This document shows, one piece after another, positions 26,150 to 32,000 of a stretch of 32,000 nt of DNA. The notes beneath the pieces are model-generated. The model was not told the origin of the DNA and searched no databases. It was given only the letters and a program-made list of their open reading frames with translations. The stretch comes from Actomonas aquatica (GTDB taxonomy: Bacteria > Verrucomicrobiota > Verrucomicrobiia > Opitutales > Opitutaceae): NCBI RefSeq assembly GCF_019679435.2, contig NZ_CP139781.1:3597753-3629752 (forward strand). Direction: 5' to 3'. The stretch's first letter is position 1, and each line of letters opens with the position of its first letter. The position numbers were made by a program, and so were the translations under genes.

Positions 26150-26181
26150 CGCAAACGACCGCCCCGAAATTTACCGGGCCG

Positions 26182-27522
26182 TTACCGCTCGTCCGACGAC
26201 TGCGCCGACACCTGCGCCGGCGCTGCTGGGATCCGCCACACGTTCGCCGCCTCGTCGACCGTGCCGCTGAGGTAGCGCGTCACCACGCGGTCGACGATCG
26301 TCAGCCCGCGCTCCGCGAGCAGCGTGAAGGTGTCTTCACCCGGGCCATCCGGCGTGTGATCGGGAAACCCACGCCGCGTGCGACTGATGCGATAACTGTC
26401 CGACAAATCCGGCGCCGCCATCGCCCGCTTCACCCCATCCCGGCCGAGCACGAAACCGATCAAGCCGCCCCAGGTCGCCGTCGGATTATCCGAGTCCCAA
26501 CCCGCCAACGAACCAATCTGAATCGTGCGCTTAAAATCGCCGTCGCCGTAAAACAGACTCACCAGACTCGCGCCAAAATTGATCGGCGCATCAAAGGGCT
26601 GCGCGTAAACATAACCGGCCCGCCCGCCGAGTTGATACTCCTCGTAAAGCGCATCGCGGGTCGCCGCCCATGCCGCGCTGTCAGGATTTTTCTGATACGC
26701 CGCCCACACAAAATCATACATGTCGGCCGCCACCGATCCCGCCGGCAACACGCCCCGCGCGGTCGTCGCCGCCGCGCGCAGTTGCGGGCCGAGCGGCGCC
26801 GCGTCGTCCATCGTCGCGGCTAGGGCATACATCGTGACGTAAAACTCCGCGATCACCTGCGCTTCGCCGCTCGCCGTGGTGCGGATGGGCAGGTCGGCGA
26901 GCCGCCGCGCCATCACCGGACGGCCGGGGGCAAAAAACCCAAAGAACTCGGTGGTGAGCTGCGCATCGATCATCTCGCTTTCCGGATTGTGCTGCGGATC
27001 GCTGGTCGCCGGCGGCACCAGCCCTGCCGTGCGCATCAGCTCGTAGGCCCGTTCGTTCGACACCCACAGGAAGTTCTCTCCGTCCTGGTTGAAGTTGTCC
27101 GACCACATGTGCGCGAGCCAGCCGTCGCGGATCTGCTCGCCGGTCAGCAACGGATCCGCCGACGCCTCCATGAGCGACTGATAAAGGTATTCGATATCGG
27201 TGTCGTCGTCCGCGCCCCACGCCGTGCCTGCGCGCACCAACAGAAAATCGATCGTATCCGCCGGCCCCGCGCCGCCCCACATGTTGGGTTGGTCCGGCTG
27301 CCCCCAATCCGCGTCGGTGTAGAACGGCGCCTCCACGCGATCCATCTCCGTGATGAGTCCGGTCCAGTTGGCCACGCACGAGCCCAGCCAAAAACCCGCC
27401 AGTCGCTCCGCATAACGCTCTCGCGAAATCGTCAGTGCCTCCGCGGACTCAGCCCGTGCGGGGGACAGTTGCACCAATAGCAGAGACGCCAGCAACACAC
27501 CGGCAGGACGGGGAAATTTCAT
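26182..27522 (-). CDS. ADP-ribosylglycohydrolase-family protein, secreted
   Basis: ORF 26182..27591 trimmed to the ATG at 27522 (MKFPRPAGVLLASLLLVQLSPARA, a signal peptide). WGADDDTDIEY and GWDSDNPTATWGGLIGFVLG resemble the two acidic metal-binding motifs of the ARH fold. The family call is moderate. Confidence 0.7.
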   Translation of the reverse strand: MKFPRPAGVLLASLLLVQLSPARAESAEALTISRERYAERLAGFWLGSCVANWTGLITEMDRVEAPFYTDADWGQPDQPNMWGGAGPADTIDFLLVRAGTAWGADDDTDIEYLYQSLMEASADPLLTGEQIRDGWLAHMWSDNFNQDGENFLWVSNERAYELMRTAGLVPPATSDPQHNPESEMIDAQLTTEFFGFFAPGRPVMARRLADLPIRTTASGEAQVIAEFYVTMYALAATMDDAAPLGPQLRAAATTARGVLPAGSVAADMYDFVWAAYQKNPDSAAWAATRDALYEEYQLGGRAGYVYAQPFDAPINFGASLVSLFYGDGDFKRTIQIGSLAGWDSDNPTATWGGLIGFVLGRDGVKRAMAAPDLSDSYRISRTRRGFPDHTPDGPGEDTFTLLAERGLTIVDRVVTRYLSGTVDEAANVWRIPAAPAQVSAQSSDER

Positions 27523-27630
27523 GGGGAAAACGGGACGGCCTTCGCGATCAGCGAACGCGCCCCATCCCATCCAATCCGCAAGGACGGTCAACGCGTTCCC
27601 GCCCTCACCACGCGATCTCTGCCACTCCGC

Positions 27631-28629
27631 TTATTGCTGCCGATCCAAAAACTCGAGATACGGCGCGATGAAGCGATCAAAGGTCTCGATGTGAGGCAGA
27701 TGTCCCACTCCCTCCAGCTCCACCAACTCCGCCCCCGGGATCGCCGCCTGCGCCGCCCTCCCGAGCACCGGATAGTTGCCCAGCTCCCGGCGCAGCTCGG
27801 GGGAGGCCGCGCCCTTGTTGAGCGCCGTGCGATCGCGTCCACCGATCACCAGCAGCGTCGGCATCTGCAGCCGCGGAAACTCGTGCACCACCGGCTGCGT
27901 GAACACCATGTCGTAGGTGAGCGCCTGATTCCACGCCATGCGCGCATACTCCGGACTCTCGCCAAACGACGCCAGCTGCTCCACCCACGGATCGTAGGCC
28001 TCCTTCCACTGGTTGTCGTAGTAGGACTCCAGCTGATACGCCCGGATCTTCTTCGCCGTCTTGGCCAGCTCCTGCGCATACCACGCATCCACGCCGCTGT
28101 AGGGCACGCCCTTCGCCTGCCAGTCCTCCAAGCCGATCGGGTTGAGCAGCGTGAGCGACGTCGTCGCCTCCGGATACATCAGCGCAAAACGCGTCGCCAG
28201 CATGCCGCCCATCGAATGACCGAGCACCTGCACGCGCTCGACGCCCAACTCCGCCAACAGCCCGCGCGTATTCCGCGCCAGCTGCGCAAAGGTGTAGTGG
28301 TAGTGCGCCGGTTTGGTCGCCTTGCCGAAACCGATCTGGTCGGGAATCACCACGCGCCAGCCCGCCGCACTCAGCGCCGCCGCCGTTTCGCCAAAGTAGG
28401 AGCCCGAGAAGTTCTTGCCGTGCAACAACAACGCCACCCCGCGTTCCGCACCGGTCGCCGGCACATCCATGTAGACCATCTCCAACTCCTGCCGCTGATT
28501 TTCAAATCGGTAGGTTTTTTCCGGATACGGATAGTCAAACCCTTCCAACCGGATTCCCGCGGCTGCGCTCAGCGCACCCGCCGCCAATATCAGTCCCACG
28601 CCCATCACTGTGTTTCGCAACAAAGACAT
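27631..28629 (-). CDS. alpha/beta-fold hydrolase, secreted
   Basis: 332-aa ORF with a signal peptide. HG-type oxyanion LLLHGKNFSG, nucleophile elbow VLGHSMGG, C-terminal GVGHLPHIE. Confidence 0.85.
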   Translation of the reverse strand: MSLLRNTVMGVGLILAAGALSAAAGIRLEGFDYPYPEKTYRFENQRQELEMVYMDVPATGAERGVALLLHGKNFSGSYFGETAAALSAAGWRVVIPDQIGFGKATKPAHYHYTFAQLARNTRGLLAELGVERVQVLGHSMGGMLATRFALMYPEATTSLTLLNPIGLEDWQAKGVPYSGVDAWYAQELAKTAKKIRAYQLESYYDNQWKEAYDPWVEQLASFGESPEYARMAWNQALTYDMVFTQPVVHEFPRLQMPTLLVIGGRDRTALNKGAASPELRRELGNYPVLGRAAQAAIPGAELVELEGVGHLPHIETFDRFIAPYLEFLDRQQ

Positions 28630-28692
28630 CCTCCACCGGTAGCCAGCCCTTTCGCTCCGGCAAGGGGTGCCCTTCGATTGTGCGACTGAAGA

Positions 28693-29070
28693 TCAGTCGC
28701 CCGCCTGCTCCGCCAGCAACGGGTCCACCACCGCGCGGAAACGCTCGATCAACGCCGGATCCAAGCAGCGATAATGGTCCTCGATGCCGAGCACGATCAC
28801 CCGGCATCCGCGCAACTCCTCCCGAAACTGCGCCCGCAGGCGTTGCTGGTGTTTACGCTCCATCACCAGCACCCAATCCGCCCACCGCAAATCGGCCACC
28901 GACACCGTGCGCCGCGCCCGCCGCGAGGTGCCCGCCGAGCGCGTCTGCACCCCCGGCCAATCCCGGTAGATGCGCTCGCCCGTCGGACTGCGCCACTGGT
29001 TCTTCGAGCAGACAAAAAGCAGGTTCAAAGTCTCTTCCGTAGGGTGTGTCTCGGAAAGCCGAGGTGTCAT
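28693..29070 (-). CDS. small low-molecular-weight phosphotyrosine phosphatase-like protein (CX5R)
   Basis: 125-aa ORF. LLFVCSKNQWRSPTGE contains the C-x5-R-S P-loop near the N-terminus, followed by SAG. The start codon (29070..29068) directly abuts the upstream gene's stop (29073..29071). Confidence 0.75.
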   Translation of the reverse strand: MTPRLSETHPTEETLNLLFVCSKNQWRSPTGERIYRDWPGVQTRSAGTSRRARRTVSVADLRWADWVLVMERKHQQRLRAQFREELRGCRVIVLGIEDHYRCLDPALIERFRAVVDPLLAEQAGD

Positions 29071-30288
29071 TCACGGCACCATCACCGCGCGCTCCAATCG
29101 AAACGTGAGCGTATCCGTTTCTCCGTTACGCTCAATCCGCAGCTCCCGCGATTCCTCATCCTCCAGAAATACGCCGCAGCCGCGTTCCGCCACCGGCACG
29201 CCGTCGATGGCCACCACTCGGTCCCCCAGCTGGATGCCCGCCCGCGCCGCCGGTCCGCCTTCCTGCAAAAAGGCCACTTCCAGCGCATCGGCGTGGGAAC
29301 GAAATCCCAGCCCCAAACCCAAGCGCGATTCCTCCGTGATCGGTGCCGTGCTCGCCCCCGCCCCCTCCGGCCGCGCAAACCGAATGCGCCGTCCCGGCCC
29401 GTCCACCGTCACCACAAAGTGCTCCAACACCCTCGCGCCCAACGCCCGCTCATTGTCCGGCACCGCCCGCACGATCGGTTGAGTGAAGCTCGTTGAGCCC
29501 AGCTGCAGGTCCACTCCCAGCCTCCCCAGGAACATGGGTTCGACGCCCTCAAATCCGGTCACCCCACTCACGATCCGCGGCGACTCGGCCCACGTTACCC
29601 GATCCTTTGGGTGCACCGTAAACCCTTGGCTCGATCCGGAATCCACCAACACCGGCACCTTGCGCCCGGCCAGCTCCAGATCGATCCACGGTCGACGCCG
29701 TCCCCGCTTCAAACGCATCACGTCCTCCCCCGCTTGCAACCCGCCCCCATCCAGCGTGACCCAAACCCCGCGCGCCGGATAATCCAGCGTCAGGACCAGC
29801 GACTTGAGCGTTGGATACCCCAAGATGCCGTCGATCGGACGCCCGAGCGTATGCCCAATTTCGTCGACCTCCATCAACCACCCCGGCGCTTTCCGAATCT
29901 TCACCTCCCCCAAATCAAGCCGCTCAAAACGAAAGGTCTGTCCCACCTTCAAACGGGTGTCCGGGCTCACCCGCCGCAGGGCATCGGGATCGATGACCGT
30001 GTGCGTGGCTCCCGTGTCCAAAATCAACGCGAGCGGACGCGATTCGTCGCCCCCCACCCACGCCGTCACGATCATGTGTCGCCCGCACCATTCCACCGGC
30101 AACTGCCGCGTGGTCTCCTCCGCCCGCCCCACCACCGGCCCCATCAGAAGCATCACCAGCCAAAGCCACCCGCCTCGACGCCCCCTGCGCCACTTGCTCA
30201 AACCTCCCTGCTGATGCGCCGTCGTTTCCATGGGCGCAAATCCTTCGCGCCTCCGCGTCGCGCTCAAGCCTCGAACCCGCGCCACCAC
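29071..30288 (-). CDS. retropepsin-like (two-lobed) aspartic protease with C-terminal PDZ domain
   Basis: 405-aa ORF with an N-terminal hydrophobic segment (WLWLVMLLMGPVVG). Two Asp-Thr/Ser-Gly lobes (LILDTGATHTVID and VLVDSGSSQGFTV). PDZ-like segment LEVAFLQEGGPAARAGIQLGDRVVAIDGVPV. The start may instead be at 30231 (METTAH). Confidence 0.75.
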   Translation of the reverse strand: MVARVRGLSATRRREGFAPMETTAHQQGGLSKWRRGRRGGWLWLVMLLMGPVVGRAEETTRQLPVEWCGRHMIVTAWVGGDESRPLALILDTGATHTVIDPDALRRVSPDTRLKVGQTFRFERLDLGEVKIRKAPGWLMEVDEIGHTLGRPIDGILGYPTLKSLVLTLDYPARGVWVTLDGGGLQAGEDVMRLKRGRRRPWIDLELAGRKVPVLVDSGSSQGFTVHPKDRVTWAESPRIVSGVTGFEGVEPMFLGRLGVDLQLGSTSFTQPIVRAVPDNERALGARVLEHFVVTVDGPGRRIRFARPEGAGASTAPITEESRLGLGLGFRSHADALEVAFLQEGGPAARAGIQLGDRVVAIDGVPVAERGCGVFLEDEESRELRIERNGETDTLTFRLERAVMVP

Positions 30289-30351
30289 GGTCCACGACGT
30301 GCTCTAAAACAACGTCGCCACGACCGCGGCCTTCTCGCCAGCCTGCCCCCC

Positions 30352-30963
30352 ATGGCCGCTCCTTCCCCCGCCTCCACCACGACCCCACGCTGCGCCTGGT
30401 GCGGCGACATCCCCGAGTTTGGGCCCTACCACGACCACGAATGGGGCTTCCCCGTGGGCGACGATATTCGCCTCTTCGAGAAGATCTGCCTCGAGGGGTT
30501 TCAGTCGGGTCTGAGCTGGCGCACCATCCTCAACAAACGCGAAGCCTTCCGCACCGCCTTTGCCGGGTTTGATTTCCACCGCGTCGCCCAATTCACCGAC
30601 GCCGACGTGCAACGCCTGCTGACCGACGCCGGCATCATCCGCCACCGCGGCAAGATCGAGGCGACCATCAACAACGCCCGCCGCGCCGTCGAACTCGTTG
30701 CCGAAACCGGCAGCCTCGCCGCCTATTTCTGGAGCTTCGAACCCGTCGCGACCGCCCTGCCTCCCCCGCAGTCGCAAACCACCTCGCCCGCCTCCATCGC
30801 CTTGTCGAAGGACCTCAAAAAGCGCGGTTGGAAGTTTGTCGGCCCGACCACGATGTATGCCTTCATGCAGGCCATGGGTTTGATCAACGACCACGAAACC
30901 ACCTGCGCCGCCCGCCCCCGCGCCACCCAGGCGCGACGCGCCTTCCGCGTGCCCCAACCATAG
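30352..30963 (+). CDS. tag: DNA-3-methyladenine glycosylase I
   Basis: ORF 29611..30963 trimmed to the ATG at 30352. RCAWC...YHDHEWGFPVGDD, LEGFQSGLSWRTILNKREAFRTAF and GIIRHRGKIEATINNA are Tag hallmarks. Confidence 0.9.
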   Translation: MAAPSPASTTTPRCAWCGDIPEFGPYHDHEWGFPVGDDIRLFEKICLEGFQSGLSWRTILNKREAFRTAFAGFDFHRVAQFTDADVQRLLTDAGIIRHRGKIEATINNARRAVELVAETGSLAAYFWSFEPVATALPPPQSQTTSPASIALSKDLKKRGWKFVGPTTMYAFMQAMGLINDHETTCAARPRATQARRAFRVPQP

Positions 30964-30966
30964 TGG

Positions 30967-30985
30967 CCGCGGCATCTTGCCGCGG
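30967..30985 (+). terminator. stem-loop immediately after tag stop
   Basis: CCGCGGC (30967-30973) and GCCGCGG (30979-30985) form a 7-bp stem with a 5-nt loop, 4 nt after the TAG. The downstream sequence is only weakly T-containing (tgtcccctgcttc), so this is tentative. Confidence 0.35.
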
Positions 30986-31072
30986 TGTCCCCTGCTTCGG
31001 TCCGGTCGCGATTCATTGCGCATTCGCGGAGAGGCAACGCCGCCGAGGCTGGAAGCCTCGCCCACGCCCGCG

Positions 31073-31188
31073 TAGCCGTCAGCCATCAGCCATCAGCGGT
31101 CAGCGGTCAGCGGTAAGCGGTCAGCGGTAAGCGGTCAGCACCTAACACCTAATACCTTACCCCTAACACCCAGTCCCCAGCCCCCAGC
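31073..31188. repeat. degenerate heptanucleotide tandem array 2 (phase-locked)
   Basis: Units in order: TAGCCGT, CAGCCAT x2, CAGCGGT x3, AAGCGGT, CAGCGGT, AAGCGGT, CAGCACC, TAACACC, TAATACC, TTACCCC, TAACACC, CAGTCCC, CAGCCCC, CAGC. The 7-nt register has no indel for 116 nt. Confidence 0.9.
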
Positions 31189-31200
31189 ATGAAATTTCAT
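31189..31200. promoter_or_regulatory. perfect 12-bp AT-rich palindrome ATGAAATTTCAT
   Basis: Self-complementary over 12/12 positions. Directly abuts the end of heptamer array 2, 87 nt upstream of the next ATG (31287). It is an AT island in GC-rich DNA. Confidence 0.4.
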
Positions 31201-31286
31201 AACCCCATATCCTTAAGCTAGATAAACCCCCTCGACCGTCGCATTTTCGTCGCCATCCCGCCATCGCCCCCGAAGCCTTCGCATCC

Positions 31287-32000
31287 ATGCCCCCTTCGGA
31301 TCGCACCGCTCCCCGCACACCCGCCAGCCCCGATCTTTCCGACGCCGCCATCGCGCAACGGCTCGCTGCGCGCCGCGCCTTCATCCTCGGTGAAGCCGTC
31401 GCCAGCGTCGTTCCCGGCGACCCCTCCCAAGGCAGCAAGTTCGACATCGCCGCCTGCCTGCACACCGGCCGCAACCTCGACGCCGCCCTCGCCCGCCTGG
31501 CCCGGCTCGACGGGGGTCCGCCCTCCGGCGACATGTTCTGGGTCTATCCGACCGTGAGCGTGATGATGGCCGGTCCGCAGCACCTCGACCCCGCCAGCCG
31601 CGACCGCATCGCAGAACTCTGGCGCACCTACTGGCCGAGCCGCGGCGACACCGAAAACCATTGGGTGCTCTCCTACGCCAGCCTCTACCTCGCCGCCCAG
31701 GCCATGCCCGACGCCGGACCCGACCAGTGGTTCAACGGTCGCTCCTCCGCCGAAAATCGCGCCGAGGCCCGCGACTATCTGAACCACTGGATCAACGTCA
31801 TGACCAGTCAGGGTCAGGGCGAGTATGACTCTCCCAACTACATCGAGGAATACGCCGTCGGTCTCGCCATGCTCGCCGGCTGGGCCGACGAACCCGCCTT
31901 CCGCGATCGCGCCAAACGCGCCCTCGATTACATCTTCTACGACTATGCCGTCGAAACCCTCGACGGGCTCTACGGCGGCGCCCACAGCCGCGTGTATCCG
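31287..32000 (+). CDS. hypothetical protein, 5' portion (runs off the window)
   Basis: Hand translation from the ATG at 31287 gives 238 stop-free codons to the window edge (MPPSDRTAPRTPASPDLSDAAIAQRLAARRAF...WRTYWPSRGDTENHWVLSYASLYLAAQ...GEYDSPNYIEEYAVGLAML...). Third positions are strongly G/C. The nearest in-frame upstream stop is at 31200 and no earlier ATG/GTG lies between. It is missing from the ORF track, probably because it has no stop in the window. The antisense ORF 31218..31985 is Gly/Ala/Val junk. Confidence 0.6.
   Translation, partial: MPPSDRTAPRTPASPDLSDAAIAQRLAARRAFILGEAVASVVPGDPSQGSKFDIAACLHTGRNLDAALARLARLDGGPPSGDMFWVYPTVSVMMAGPQHLDPASRDRIAELWRTYWPSRGDTENHWVLSYASLYLAAQAMPDAGPDQWFNGRSSAENRAEARDYLNHWINVMTSQGQGEYDSPNYIEEYAVGLAMLAGWADEPAFRDRAKRALDYIFYDYAVETLDGLYGGAHSRVYP

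Noticed and set aside
27634-28689. 351-aa plus-strand ORF
   Set aside because: It is antisense to the alpha/beta hydrolase gene, which has GHSMGG and a signal peptide. The plus-strand translation is Arg/Leu/Gln/His-rich.
29611-30351. 247-codon N-terminal extension of the tag ORF
   Set aside because: It is antisense to the aspartic protease gene and Pro/Arg/His-rich. Tag proteins are about 190-200 aa and the conserved CxWC...HDxEWG begins just after the ATG at 30352.
31218-31985. 255-aa minus-strand ORF from the track
   Set aside because: Its translation is Gly/Ala/Val/Glu-rich. The plus strand carries a stop-free, codon-biased frame from the ATG at 31287 to the window end with a protein-like sequence, so the plus-strand partial CDS is preferred.
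1-32000. Mobile elements, prophage, defence systems, rRNA/tRNA genes
   Set aside because: I recognised no integrase, transposase, recombinase, phage structural, restriction, toxin-antitoxin or Cas motifs in any frame. No cloverleaf-like or rRNA-like segment was noticed. Absence is by eye only and should be confirmed with tRNAscan, Infernal and HMM searches.

Overview
A 32-kb, GC-rich window (roughly two-thirds G+C by eye; codon third positions mostly G/C). It is gene-dense, with 25 supportable protein-coding genes. I recognise no rRNA, tRNA, CRISPR array, transposase or integrase. The protein content suggests a Verrucomicrobiota (Opitutaceae-like) chromosome, but that is inference only: many Sec/Tat-secreted hydrolases, a TonB-dependent receptor with a carboxypeptidase-regulatory-like N-domain, an IPAFQKVR...NNLRQL pseudopilin-type motif, and NLSTR beta-sandwich repeats.

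Gene content, left to right:
- small acidic protein
- translationally coupled DUF1611 (DgcN-like) and enolase-superfamily epimerase/racemase pair, divergent from a Tat-secreted M81/MlrC-like peptidase
- LuxR-type regulator
- secreted LamG/Ig/tandem-repeat protein
- DUF1801 protein
- secreted CE4 polysaccharide deacetylase
- ECF sigma factor fused to a polytopic membrane domain
- acidic 378-aa protein ending in an SSB-like DDDVPF tip
- cupin
- M61 peptidase with PDZ domain
- FUSC-family membrane protein
- TsaA/TrmO
- secreted protein with a C-terminal pilin-like module
- PhoA-type alkaline phosphatase
- TonB-dependent receptor
- M29 aminopeptidase
- co-directional block: Cof-type HAD phosphatase, secreted ADP-ribosylglycohydrolase-like protein, alpha/beta hydrolase, small CX5R phosphatase, retropepsin-like protease with PDZ domain
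- Tag glycosylase
- 5'-partial unknown gene

The signals the gene list does not explain are non-coding:
1. Two related degenerate heptanucleotide arrays (4575-4680 and 31073-31188). The second keeps a perfect 7-nt register for 116 nt while the unit sequence drifts.
2. A roughly 36-nt intergenic element present three times in the same orientation. Two perfect copies bracket a single gene.

The most unusual proteins are the membrane-tethered ECF sigma, the SSB-tip-bearing acidic protein and the pilin-tailed secreted protein. All functional calls rest on motif recognition by eye; no database search was possible.
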